Shown: piece after piece, positions 38,020 through 51,261 of the stretch
How the letters are laid out: each line of letters begins with the position of its first letter
Position numbering within the stretch: the stretch's first letter is position 1
Origin: the human T2T-CHM13v2.0 reference genome, Homo sapiens
Strand: one strand, 5' to 3'
Assembly: GCF_009914755.1 (NCBI RefSeq)
Contig: NC_060928.1
DNA length: 64,000 bases
Notes under the pieces: generated by a model
Told to the model about the DNA's origin: nothing
Seen by the model: only the letters and a program-made list of their open reading frames with translations
The model's database searches: none
Program-made: the position numbers and the translations under genes

Positions 38020-38725
38020 TCTGTTAGTTTGCCAGGCATGTTGTATCAAAGCAGCACAAACAGAGTGGCTGACACCAATAGAAATATATTGTCTCACAGT
38101 TCTGGGGACCAGAGGCTGTGAGCAAGGTGTGGGCAGGGCTGGTTCCTTCTCTGGACTGTGAAGGAGAATCTGTTCCAGGCCTCTACTTGCTCCTGGGGTT
38201 TCTGGCAATCTTTGATATCCCGTGGCTTCTGCTAGCATCACCCTAGACCCCCACCTTTACCTTCACATGGCTGGAGTGCAGTGGTGAGATCTTGGTTCAT
38301 TGCAACCTCTGCCTCTCGGGTTCAAGCGATTCTCCTGCCTCACGCCTCAGGTAGCTGGGACTACAGACGCCTGCCACCACACCCAGCTAATTTTTGTATT
38401 TTTAGTGGAGATAAGGTTTCACCATGTTGGCCAGGATGGTCTCGATCTCTTGACCTCGTGATTCACCCGACTTGGCCTCCCAAAGTGCTGGGATTATAGG
38501 CGTGAGCCACCATGCCTGGCCCTATGTGTGTATCTGTGTTGAAATTTCCTCTTTTTGTAAGGACACCAGTTATAGTGGATTAGGGGCCCAACCCACTCCA
38601 GTATGCCCTCATCTTAACTAATTACATCTGCAATTGCTCTGTTTCCAGGTAAGGTTACACTCCTAGGTCCTGGACATTAGGATTTCAGCATATGAATTCC
38701 AGGTGGACATAATTAACCCATAACA
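38020..38725 (-). mobile_element. MaLR solo LTR, MLT1B/C-like, split by an Alu
   Basis: 'attgtctcacagttctgg', 'caaggtgtgggcagggctggttccttct', 'taaggacaccagt...ggattagggccc', 'ctcatcttaactaattacatctgcaa', end 'cccataaca'. Confidence 0.9.
38269..38521 (-). mobile_element. AluSc-like, lacking 3' end and poly(A)
   Basis: 'ccaggatggtctcgatctcttgacctcgtgat' Sc diagnostic; begins abruptly at 'ggctggagtgcagtgg'. Confidence 0.92.
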
Positions 38726-39654
38726 GGGTAGAGCGAAGATTTCAGTTGTAGAATTATTATTAATGAAGATTAAAACAACCTTTTTAACCTTTCAATTATA
38801 TAATTGCAAGAACTGAAGCCCAGAGGTTTTAGGGTAGTTTGAAGTGGGAAAGACATGCCCCTCCACCTCCACCCATGATAAACCACATGGTTTAGAATCC
38901 CTCTTTGTGAGCTGCATCCTTCCCGTGGGTATGACAATGCCTGCTTGCTGTTACCTAGCAGGAAGGTTAGAGATCAAATGGAACTGTTGCTATGAAAATG
39001 TGTTGTTACCTGTAACAGACATGTATGTGTAATACGTGTTTCTTTAGGGCCAGATAGCAAGTGACGGGCCAACATGCAATAGGTATCTTTTGAGCATCAT
39101 CACATCAAGTCTGGAGTTTGTTCCTCAGACACAGCAGTATCCCAGGCATTCCTTTATGTAGTGGTCAGTGCAGAAGCCTGAGACTCACAAGCAGGCACAG
39201 GGGACATGTGGCAACAACTCATTCTCAAACCGTAAAAGTATTGAAATTTGACCCAGGAAATCCAAGTCAATTATGTGGGGAACTCATATAGAGCAAGAGC
39301 CATTCTCTTTTCACTTGCAAAATTCTCAGCAAAATAACTGATCTTTCTGCCCACTTAAGGACATGAGTGGGAGGTTAAACAAGCACAGTTTGCAGGTGGG
39401 GCTCATACTGAAGGTCAGCTTGAGAGTCGTGGAAAATTCCGTGGTGGAACACAAGGCCACTGAAAGATCATTTCGTCAGTTACCAGCAGGGTGGAGTGAG
39501 ACTGGGGTTTCACCAAGACATTCACTCACTAGCTGTGTTAATGGTGGAATTGGAGGGGGTCAGTCTAATTAAATTCCTGCTTCATAGTTTCCTCCTCTGT
39601 TAAATGGGGATACAGCTATTTATGCATACCTTGCGATCAGCTATTCTAAAGTGT

Positions 39655-40115
39655 GATCAGACAGCACTTATTGAAATAAAGCATCTACACACCCTATGGG
39701 CCTGCAGTGCCATTCCTGGGTATAGACCTAGAGAAAGTCACACCCCAAAGGGTGAGGGGACAGTCATCAGAATGCTGACTGCAGCCTTGTTTGTGAGAAG
39801 AGGGAAGTGGAGACAGCCAAGCTGTCCAACACTAGAGCAACGAATAAGTAAAATACTGGAGATGTAAATAATGGAACACCAGGCAGCAGAGAGAAGAAAT
39901 AAACTAGAACAGTGGTTCCAGGACCAGTGACATCAAAATCATCTGATAACTTATAAGAAGTGCATATTCCTGGGCCCCAACCAGTTCTAGTGAATCAGAA
40001 AATCTGAAGATGGGGCTTAGCAATTTTTTTTAACAAGCTCTCTAGGGGATTCTGCATACTGTGCTCAAAGTTGAGAACCACCAAATTAGAGGTACACATG
40101 GATAGACATGAAAAC
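39655..40115 (+). mobile_element. L1ME-type 3' fragment with a MER5A insert (39910-40083)
   Basis: 'attcctgggtatagacctagagaaa...gaatgctgactgcagccttgtttgtga'; MER5A 'cagtggttc...caaagttgagaaccac' with near 8-bp TSD AACTAGAA / AATTAGAG. Confidence 0.7.
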
Positions 40116-40129
40116 AGTCTTACGTTAAA

Positions 40130-40332
40130 AATATTTTGCCTCCTAGAGGGTATCGTACAATGTCTGGAGACATATTTGGTTGTCAGAACTGGGGAAAGGC
40201 TTCTGGTATCTACTGATGGGGCCAGGGCTACTGCTGAACATCCTACAGTGCGAGGGGCAGCCCAGGGCAGCTCAGCACAACAAAGAATTATCCAGCCCTG
40301 AATGTCAGGAGTGATGACACTGAGAAACCATG
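40130..40332 (+). mobile_element. MER20 (hAT-Charlie) MITE
   Basis: 'caatgtctggagacatatttggttgtca...ctgctgaacatcctacagtgc...acaacaaagaattatccagccc...tgagaaacc'. Confidence 0.88.
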
Positions 40333-40485
40333 ATGCAACTCCTTCACAAAACCTCTCTTGTCTCCCCAAAAACAATATTTGCCCAACGTTTTTAGAAGAA
40401 TACACAAATACCATGAGTTTTTAATTAGGTGTTCCATTGTTCTATTGTGAAGAACAAACAGGAACAAAGCAACATTTTATTCTAA

Positions 40486-40487
<2 letters not shown>

Positions 40488-40520
<33 letters not shown>
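40488..40520. repeat. (GT)n microsatellite
   Basis: Seen directly. Confidence 0.95.
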
Positions 40521-40522
<2 letters not shown>

Positions 40523-40691
40523 CTAAAAGCATTTATAATAGTTGACCTTAGTGTTGAGAAATAACATGACATGATGCCTGAAGCAAAATCTCTTGGCTTC
40601 CCCTTGGTCAACAGGTACCTTTACCAAAGAACTGCTGCAGGTTTGCCATCACCTCAGTGGTCACTGATCTGTGTGTGATGTATCCTTTCTT

Positions 40692-40999
40692 TCTTTCTTT
40701 CTTTCTTTTTTTTTTTTTTTTTGAAACGGAGTCTCCATCTGTCACCCAGGCTGGAGTGCATTGGCGCCATCTCCCACCTCCCGGGTTCACACTGTTCTCC
40801 TGCCTCAGCCTCCTGAATAGCAGGGACTACAGGCGCCTGCCACCACGCCTGGCTAATTTTGTTTTTTTTGTATTTTTAGTAGAGACGGGGTTTCGCCATG
40901 TTAGTTAGCCAGGATGGTCTTGATCTCCTGATTTCGTGATCTGCCCGCCTTGGCCTCCCAAAGTGCTGGGATTACAGGTGTGAGCTACCACACCCGGCC
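40692..40999 (-). mobile_element. AluY-type SINE
   Basis: 'cccgggttcacac', 'ttagccaggatggtcttgatctcc'; TSD CCTTTCTT; ~15-nt right-arm deletion and GTTA duplication. Confidence 0.93.
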
Positions 41000-41320
41000 C
41001 CTTTCTTATATTTTTAGCATATACCTTTGATATTATTCTTGACTTGTATGTTTAAACGTATCCAAGTTTGATCACTTTATACAGCAATTAATTATTCTGT
41101 GGAATCATATCTTTTGCCATGAACTTCAACCCAGATGCATGTTTTATATGATGATTTCTGTTAATTTCCTGATAATATATAATCCTTGTTAATATCTCAT
41201 ACTCAAATCTTTGGATCATTGCTAAGTGAGAATGGCTGCTTCCTCTTCTGAATTTTTCTCTTTGTGTCCTGTTTGGCACTCTGTACCTTTTAATTTAGGG
41301 TCTGGATTGTCTTTTACTGG

Positions 41321-41800
41321 TCTTACACCAGTCAGAATGGCTATTACTAAAAAGTCAAAAAATAACAGATGTTGGAGAGGGTGTGGAGAAAAGGGAAGTC
41401 TTATATACTGTTAGTAGCAATGTAAATTAGTACAGCCTCTATGGAAAACAGTATGGAGATTTCTCAAACAACTGAAACAAAACTACCATTTCATCTAGTA
41501 ATCCCACTACTGAGTATCTACCCAAAAGAAAATAAATTGTTATTTGAAAAACAGGCCCTCACTTGCATGTTTACTGCAGCACCATTCACGAGAGCAAAGT
41601 GTCAACCTCAGTGTCCATCAAGGGATAAATAAAGAAAATGTTACACACTCACCCACACCCACACATACCCACTCACACACTGAAATACTATTCAGCCATA
41701 ACAAAGAATGAAATCATGCCTTTTGAAGCAACACTGATGAAACTAGAAGCCATTATCTCAAGTGAAACAATCAGAAATGGAAAGTCAAATACTGTCATGG
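41321..41800 (+). mobile_element. L1PB/L1MA ORF2 C-terminal / 3'UTR fragment
   Basis: 'cttacaccagtcagaatggctattactaaaaagtcaaaaaataacagatgttgg' ([26 protein letters not shown]1 ORF2 C-terminal CCHC region). Confidence 0.92.
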
Positions 41801-43069
41801 TTTGCTCTTGATGTCCCTTAAACCTCTATACTGTAAGAACTGTAAGGAACGTTGCAAAAGTTTGAAACATATAATTTATGTATAATTACCTGCCCATTAA
41901 CTTTTTCCCCATGATATTTACTTGACCACGTTTCATTAAATGTTTAAGGTATAATTCTTGCAAATATGAAAGATCACAAAAGATGCATGTTGGAAATTTT
42001 CCAGAACGGTTACTATATTCAGTATCAAGACAATACTTTTACTGCCATTTGTTTTTGAAAAACAAATGGATTTGAAATATAGACACTGATTTATATGAAT
42101 CAAACCTCTAAGTTTATCCAAAGAAACCAACAGGATGCTGAGTAGCACAATGTGAGGTGATGATTAAAAACCAAAAGATATGGCCAGTGGCTGTGTTGGC
42201 AGTGGCTGTGGGGCCCTAGTCACGCCACTGCATCATGAGTGTTTCTGGGCACCTACCTGGCAAGCTCATGGTCTGCATAGCCACCATCTGCGGCCACCCT
42301 GGCTCATCACTGCACCATTGAACCTCACATTGTACAGAATTTCCTTCCATGGTGTGGTGCTCCTGCAGTTTTCCCCCATTTCACTAAGTGATACCAGCAT
42401 GCCCTCAACTCTGAGAGTCATTATATGACTCATCTGTTTCCCTCACCTTCAATGTTGGTCTATTGTCAAGTCGTACTGATTGTGCTCCCTCCAAAATATA
42501 TCTGAAAATCTGCCTACTATTCATTCCCATTCAGCCTTCATTGGTTCTTGCTGGATAAATATAATGACCTTGAACTCTACATTGAATTTTTAATCTTGCA
42601 TTTGAATACATTTCTGGGTGGCTCCAAATTTCCCTTTCCCCTACCTCAAAAGGGAGTTGCAACTACAAGTGAAGTATGTCCTACTCTATAGATTTAGAAA
42701 TAGAACCACCGCTGAAATACATGTTCCCAATCTCCCAGCACGTTGAGATCAAAGGAAAAAAACCCAACCGATCAAAATCGTACATGCCTCATGTACTGGA
42801 AACTCCAGAACTACTGAGAGTTTCATATGGGTCTATTCTTACTTCATTGTGGTCACCTCTGGTTTACAACTCATATGTACGTTTAACCATTTCAGTGTAT
42901 GAGGGTTTTTTTTAACCATCACATGCATACTGTATCTATTCCCCATGGTACCATCTCAAGCATGGAATTCATTCGCTTAATTAATTTACACTCACATGCA
43001 CACATACACACACACACATCTTTTTGTGTGTGGACTTTACTAAGGTTTAGTTAGGAAGGAAAGCTACAG

Positions 43070-43316
43070 ATTTCTTAGGTACACGTGATATTGTGATACA
43101 CGCATACAATGTGTAATAATCAAATCAAGTTATTTAAAATATCCAGCACTTCAAACATTTATCATTTGTGTTGAGAACATTCCATATGTTCTCTTCTAGC
43201 TACTTTGACATATACCATAAATTATTGTGAACTATAGTCATCACACAGTGCTATCAAACATTAGACCATATTCCTTCTATGTAACTGTTTTTTTGTACCC
43301 ATTAACCAACTTCTCC
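43070..43316 (-). mobile_element. L1MA 3'-end fragment
   Basis: 'catacaatgtgtaataatcaaatca...ctcttctagctactttga...tttgtacccattaaccaac'. Confidence 0.85.
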
Positions 43317-43989
43317 AGAAATTTGCACAATCATTATGTATTAGTTTTAGAAAAAGAATTATTTACTTCTCATCAACAAAAACTTCAAATGAACTAACAG
43401 ATATTCTTTTTCTGAGACAGTCTCTGGCAATGCAACCACAGGGGATTTCTCCCCGGGTGGTTCGGGGCTCCCAGTCCTCCAGTCTCATGCCACCGGGCTA
43501 CCCATTCCTCTCCTCTCATGCAGGGGTTTTTAGCCACATCTTTTGTTCCTTAGTTTCTGGTAATCACAATTCTCAGGCCTTTTCTATAACCTCAACTTAT
43601 GAATGTTACTTCAAAGAAAGACAGATTCTTCCTAAGAGGAACTCTCTTTCATCTGTTAAGATATTTTGTTATTCTCTCTTAAAAGGGGCTGAAGATTTCC
43701 ACTCATGTTGAATGTTTCTAACAATTTGAGTTTGATATTTACCCTACAGTTATTAACCAATAATTTCTTATGAGTGTGGCACCCTTTTTGTTGCTGCGAT
43801 ATCATCATGGTGTGCAAAATGTGTCAAGAATTCTGCTCTCATGGAGGGCAGAATCCATACATGTAGTAGTATCAGTTACTGTTAAAGTGTAACTACAAAA
43901 AGAGAAGGCTTTGCAAGAAAGGAATTCAGTCCTGTGAAATCATACCACATGCAAATCTAACGTAGTCTGAAGTTTGGTGAGTTTGAAGC

Positions 43990-44394
43990 AGTGGTTTGTT
44001 CCTAAAGGATTAGCAACGGTCTCTCTGAGTGGTGGGGCAGGGGACAAGCCCTAGTGAGTAGTGTTTGCTGATTTTCATGTTGTAAATGTCCTCATTATGG
44101 CTGATTTCAAGCAATCAATATGAATGTGGAATTGGGAAGACAAGTGCAGTAGCCACCATCATATAGCATTTTTATTATACAAAAATGACCTCAAGATTAT
44201 AGAGTACAATGTGGTGAAAATAATTAGAAAGTAATGAGTTTTGCATATTTATTACCTTTGCTTTTAATATATTTATGAGTTTATGTAATTTCATTTTTAA
44301 TAATAGCTCTGTTGAACAATCAGCTCATAAAATGTCTGAAAATTTAACAGTCAGTCTTTGTGAGCTCATTTAAGCTATATCTGGCACATTACTG
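43990..44394 (-). mobile_element. MER63-like hAT MITE within L2 sequence
   Basis: CAGT...ACTG termini; 'gtgtttgctgattttcatgttgtaaat...atggctgatttcaagc', 'ctgaaaatttaacagtcagtc'. Confidence 0.7.
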
Positions 44395-45236
44395 AAGGTT
44401 GGGTGGATTTAACAGGATTTGAGGAGCACACAAAGCTAGCAGCCCCTGCAAAGGCCCTGTGGTGAGAGAGAGATTGGCAAGGCTGTTATGGATTTTTGAA
44501 CTTCATCTTAATGACAAGTGAAAAAGCTACAGGTTTTTAAGTAGGAGTGAAATGGTATGACTGAACTTGGAAAAGTCCTGTGGTGAGACGAGGGGGTTTT
44601 CCACTGTCACTGAGTGGTTTTGTTTGAATTTGAGTAAACACCCAAGGACAGGGGTTCAAGCTCTGAATGGGGACTAGCCTTTTACATTCCATCTAACTCT
44701 GAAGTTCCATGGCAATCAAAGACTAAACTTGTAGAGGAGAGGCAGAAGAGGTGAGAATTGATGAATTAAGAACCTAGAAGAGGTGTGTTGCACATTATAA
44801 ATATATATATGACAGCAACTCGAGGACCAAAAAAAAAAAAGCCTTATCTTTAAAATAAATAGCCACAGGAAGCCAAGTGAGTCAGGTGTTTTTTCTCTCT
44901 CTCCCTCCTCATGGGTTCCTATTTTTAAAACATCACTTCCTTGAAGTGTCAGACAATTATATCTGCTAATATATTTTTGCCAACATGATCCTAAAGAGAA
45001 TAATATGAATTATTTATGCTGCTCCCTTTTGGCGGGAGTGAATAGGACAGTAAAGGCTCTGACATTTCATTTTAGGAAATTTCTAGTGCAGGAGATTTCA
45101 GAAAGCACAACCCAAGATTAAGAAGACAAATGAGCAGCTTCAATGTAGAGGGAAAATAATCCACCAGCAATTCCAAGCCCCCCTTTCGGTTATAGCTGTC
45201 AATTATGGCATTGGCTTTTATTTCCCCTATCCCCAG

Positions 45237-45479
45237 GTGATAGCCACAGCTTCCTGTCTCCTCAGCTGCCTGTCTTGGGGGTGCCTCTGCCAGACCTCTT
45301 TCATGGCAAGAGCCCTGATGCCACTACAGCCCCCACGTCTGCCCATAAACCCTGTGCCACAATCCACCTCTTAGTCACCAAACTCTTCAAGTCACCACCA
45401 CCCCGGACATTCATGACAACAGCCCACCTTCCCCCCTTCACTGCCCGTTCAGATCTTGTCCCCATCAGTCCTGGGCCAG
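45237..45479 (+). other. Candidate internal exon (likely non-coding transcript), unverified
   Basis: Acceptor 'cttttatttcccctatccccAG' and consensus donor 'CAG|GTGAGT'; 243 nt of non-repeat, C-rich sequence. Confidence 0.3.
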
Positions 45480-45499
45480 GTGAGTCTTAAGAAAAACAC

Positions 45500-45680
45500 C
45501 TTTGGAGACAGTCAAGTTCCTGCTTCATTATGTATTAACCATGTTATACTTGGTAAACTGGAGAAACTCTCTTGGTCTTAGTTTTCTGATGTATAAAATG
45601 GGGACTTTTTTTCCAAGTTAGGTATTGAGAAAATGAGTGTTTCAAAGTGCCTAGCACCTTCAGTAAATGATAGCACATTG
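45500..45680 (+). mobile_element. MIR
   Basis: 'ctctcttggtcttagttttctgatgtataaaatgggg...aaagtgcctagcac'. Confidence 0.65.
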
Positions 45681-46149
45681 CTTTCTATGATTATTAATTT
45701 TATGCACTACCTGGTTTGCCATGCATCTGTGTGTTTTTCAAAGGCCTGCTAATTTATTCATTCTGAGCATCTGCCATATGCCAGGCACCATGCTGTCCAT
45801 CTTCTTTTGCTGGCTGTAGTTGATAGGAGCTTGTTGTATTTTGTCCAGAGATGCTTTTATCACTTTTCATAGAATATTAGTTCTGTGTTGCTGCTGAACT
45901 AAGTGCTAGAGTTCTACAGAGAATGCAGCAATGTGTTCCAGCCCCAGAGAGTTGACATTCCTGCATATCCATCATACATAAGTGCCATTCTCCTGAAGAG
46001 TCGTTTCTGAATATATATTGCTAATGTTTACTTCCTAAGAGTGCATTTTTAAAGTTAGTCTATGGCCAACTGGCCCATTAGAGATACATATCTTTTTCTT
46101 TTCTTTTCTCTTCTTTTTCCTTTGGAGTGGAATAGGACAAGACAAACCA

Positions 46150-46360
46150 CTACTCAATAAGCATCTACTATGTGCCTGCACTTCTGTGAGGTTTATAGTC
46201 ATTATCTCATTTTTTTCCCTAGAACAACCATATGAAAAGCCTTTCTTTACGTGGTTTTATAATCAAGTTAGCCAAAAGTCAGAGAGGTTAAGGAACTGAT
46301 TCCCAATCGTAGGATTTGCAAAGCCTGAACCTGGGCTTCCTGACACCAAACCTGGGCATT
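46150..46360 (-). mobile_element. MIR
   Basis: 'aagcatctactatgtgcctgcac...attatctcattt...cagagaggttaagg'. Confidence 0.65.
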
Positions 46361-46701
46361 TTGTTGCATGCAATGCTATAAATCTACGATTGATTGCATA
46401 GTTCCACCATTCTGGTCTTGGGCCCACACATATCTCCTCTCACAACATTATGGCAAAACTAGTTACATTGTACTGTCAAGTGAGACAAACCTGGCATTAC
46501 CCAGCCGAATCTTTCCCTCTTCTTTATCAGAGAATTCAGGTCACTTTTACTCAGGACCAGTCTGTTGAGAAGTTTGTCCTTTTCGTGATTGAGGGAAGCA
46601 TAACAAAAGTAAAGTTGAACAGACTCACCATTGAAGACACAGCAATTTAGCAAGAAATATGACTAAATGACTTGCAACTGTATTCACCATGTGTCTTCTA
46701 G

Positions 46702-46959
46702 ATTATGGCCAAATCCCAGCTGCCATCACAAAAATCTTCTTCAATGTCAAAATTCCTGGTATTTTACATCAGTGCTTCTTCAGAAAGCTCATCCCTTTCT
46801 GGCCCCCTTGTAAGGATCTTGGACTCTGGGGATCTTGGTCTATTTGATGAGTACAGTGGTCAAGGAGAGCCAGATCAGACAGAAGCACCTGCCTGCTACC
46901 CACGGGGACATGAAGTTGTTAACAGCAGCCTGGACTCTGCTGGCTCTAGGACAAAGCAG
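46702..46959 (+). other. Second candidate exon, unverified
   Basis: 'gtgtcttctAG' acceptor, 'CAG|GTGAGC' donor followed by G-runs; 258 nt. Confidence 0.2.
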
Positions 46960-47704
46960 GTGAGCTGAGTTGAGGTGGGTGGCGGGGGCGGGTGGCACAT
47001 AAGCCTGACTCACACCTGCTGTTGACATCAAACAGTCACATGTTCCTATGGTGCCTGTTGTTTATGTCAATGAAGGGTAAGCCCTGAGGTCAGGAAACTC
47101 AAGATTTCTCCCATCCGAATGTTCCTAGAGCGAAGACGGCAAATGTGCCATCTCTTTTCTTTCTTTATTTAGAGACATTCTATGTAAGATCAGGATGCTA
47201 ATGCTTTGTTATGTCCATTGAAAATATCTTCTCCCAAGATGGGACTTGCCTTCTCACTGTTTTCATGGAATCTTTTGATGAAAATAAGTTCATATTCCAT
47301 TTCACATTGATTGGTGGTGGTTGCCTGCAGCATAACTTTACAAAGAGTTCTGAGATCCTGGGCTGGCTCAGTAGGAAAGAGAACTATGATCTATTAGAAA
47401 TGTCTGACAACCATACAGGCCCCTGGGACTGTTGTTTTATAGCCCTGGAATAAGCTAGCTAACTAGTCAAATGGATTTCAGCTCACTTTCCTGCCAAGGT
47501 ACCCATTGGATAGAACTCTGGGAGCATGCAAATGCAAAGACAGAAATTCATGAAAGAAGCAGAGATAGTGCAGACTTTCAGTAAATAGTAGACACACACA
47601 CGTAGATCATTTCTCAAGGAGAAAGGTACATTTTACCTTCCTAGGGGAGGTGAACTAAGCTCTAGATTTGAAGGATGAATAAGTTTAAAAAGTAGAACAA
47701 AATT

Positions 47705-48340
<636 letters not shown>

Positions 48341-49409
48341 TCAATAAATAAAAATGGGCAGTGGTATGAACAGCATGGTGCATCCATGAAAATTCAAGCT
48401 GTTTTGTGGGCCAGGGTCATTTCAGGTCGGCGTAGCCTGTGACGGGAAGAGTGAGGCTGAAGAGGTTGCTGGGGTCTATGTCATCATGAGCACACCTTCT
48501 CTATGTCAAACAGTTGAGATCTTATTCTGCCAGTTATGGGGTTCCTGGTCTTTGTCCTATTTATTAGCATCAGGGTGAAATGTGAGATTATAAAATAAGG
48601 CTTGGCAGACAGGAAAGACAGAATAACAAGAACATGAGGGAGGACAGGCTTAGAAATTAGTGGGTGGCAAGTTAGCAGCCTCAGCTCTTTCATCAAGGAG
48701 CTGGGCTCAAGCTACATGTTTGGCTTTTGCGGAAGCTTCTATTTGAGGATAGAAGGATAGCCAAGAAGGAAAGTTGGGGGCTCAGTCTTTGAAAGATTGG
48801 GGATCATGGGAGTAATGGGTTATTAAAAGAGGCTTGAATCCAAGGGTTGGGGCAGCAATCTAGTTATCAATCTTGGAGCACAGGGGACAGGAAGGAGACT
48901 CAGGCTTAGAGCAGTACTGGACCATCATGAGAGCAATTGTCCAGCACCTGGCAGAAGGTTGGGTAGCCAGAAAAAAGCTGAATTGACACTCAGAACTTGC
49001 AGCTAATACATTACCTGTAACCTTAGCAGAGCAAAGGGGCACACATTATGCCACTTCAGAGACCTGAGTTTCAATCCCCACCAGGCCCTTTGTGTCTACA
49101 TGAGTTTGAATACATATGGCTGTGCCACAGGAGACTGAGCAGCCGATTCAACAAGATGAGAGTAGAGACTGGTGAGCAGCAAGGGCAGAAGAGCCCCTCC
49201 AGTGGCAGGGGGAGAACCTGCGGTTGTCTTGCCAGCTTTGCCTGCTCTGTGCTCTTGGCCTCTCCCTCATTCTCATAGCCAGGGCTTTTGGAATTGAAAC
49301 AGAAAAGTGGGATTTAAGCAGTTCCAAAATGACAGTCCTAGGTTCACTATCAGGCAAATCTTGTGAGCTCCAGTTTTGATTAATACAGCATCTGGCCCAC
49401 GTCCCCAGC

Positions 49410-49620
49410 CTATGTCCAAATGGTTCAGGTATTGCCCAGCCGAACGACCTTGGCCAAGTGTCAGGAACTCTCTGAGCACCTAATTCATCATCTACAAAAC
49501 AAAGAGAATAATTCCAACTTAATAGAGGTGACATAAAGCTTTCTTAAGGATATTGGTGAAATGCACATACCACCCACTACACATCTTTACTAAATGCTCA
49601 ACCAACGTGATGGTTGCTAC
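49410..49620 (+). mobile_element. MIR
   Basis: 'gaccttggccaagtgtc...ctctctgagcacctaattcatcatctacaaaac'. Confidence 0.6.
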
Positions 49621-51261
49621 GGTGACAATGATGGTGATTATGATGTGTGCTGACCTCTTGTTCTCTGTGAGTCAGACTTTGGTAGCCTCCTTACTTGCTC
49701 CACTTGCTTCAGAGAGAGAAGTGCGGGTTTGCGGTTTAGTGAAGGAGCAAGGCTCATGTGAATAGAAGAATCCAAGGTAGAGCAGGAAGAGAAATCCAGC
49801 TAGAGAAAGAGGTGGAAGTCAAAATAAGTAGACTCTTATTTTAAATTTTTAATGGCTTCTTGGTGGCTTCAAGATAAAAGTAAGTATACAATTACAATGC
49901 AAAGATAGTATTCAAATGGGGAGTTGAATGGGGAGTTCATTAGGTAAGTTGAGTTAACTCACAGGATTGATTCCTTTTCATGACATAAAACCATCTGTGT
50001 TTTGGGTAGTGTGAATTGTGAATTGAGAACTCCCCCTCACCCTTCTCTCAGCCTGTGTTACTTTTTCTTTATCTTTGACTCTGTATCATTAACATTTCAC
50101 ATATCTGATTTTATTATAATTTTCTATTTATCTCATTTTCCCACCAGACAATGAATTCTTTGGAGGTGAGCACTACATGTATATTTTACCTTTGTTTCTC
50201 TGCACAGGATAGACAATGAGGAGCTTTGTGTTTGGGAAAAGAATAAAAGTCAACTGTAGCAAAACCTCTCAGAAGTAGGATTTATAAACAGTTCTCAAAG
50301 GATGCACATGAAAATGTAATTTCTTGGGAAAGTGGCAAACAGAAAAGAATCAAACCGCAGTTGTGTGTGGCAAGGATAAATATGCAACGCACCATCAATA
50401 GGATTTGTTGGGTGAATAAAAAAGCCTTTTAGCCAACAATATGTAAGCAGAAGAATGGAGCAGGAGTTAGAGAGAACCCTCAAGCAATAATGGAGGCCAC
50501 TGGAGAGGCAAGACTGCCAAAGGCTAAGTTATTGACCCAGTATTTTTAAAACTGCCTCCGAAAAGAAGCCTGAACGAAAGAAAATAATTTGTGCTATTAG
50601 AATGTATTTTTCCTTTGTGTTCCTATCTACTTCCTTCACAAGCTATTTTTGGTAAGTTTTCATTAACCTTCTAACAAAATGCCAATTAAATCATCTTTTA
50701 ATAGTCTGTGTTTAGAAGACCGAATCCAAAGAGAAAAACGTGCTAGATCGACACTTCAGTGTAGAAACCAGATTCTTAATCCTACTTGGATAACAACTGA
50801 CATTCTCAGTTGTTTTCACCTGGGATAGCAATATATTACATGAAAACACAAATTCTCCAAGCAGTAATAAGGAATACATAATACAATACTAGTGCTGGGC
50901 TGACTTTCCTGCTTTGTTTCCTGGTATCTATTTTTTGTTTGTTTGTTTGTTTATTTTTGCCTTTTTCCACCAGTTGGCTCTGTTAACAGTAATTTGTTTT
51001 CCACATATTGCCAAACAACCTCCCGGGTTTGTGTTTATCATATAACCTGACAATATACTCAAGTCTGTGTTGATGTTTGAATGTTTTGCATGACATCAGC
51101 ATTCTCCTATTTCCGGGAATGTGAATTAAACCACACTGCATGTTTATGTTTGGATTGTAGGTGCTCTGGGTGGAGTTCCAGTTACATTACATTTATGTCT
51201 CTTGTTGAGAAGCAAGCCCATAGTGAGATGAAGCAAAAATTTAACTTGGTCCTACACACAC

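Noticed and set aside
41226-41632. ORFs with real protein similarity ([25 protein letters not shown])
   Set aside because: Broken remnants of L1 ORF2 C-terminus, not a host gene.
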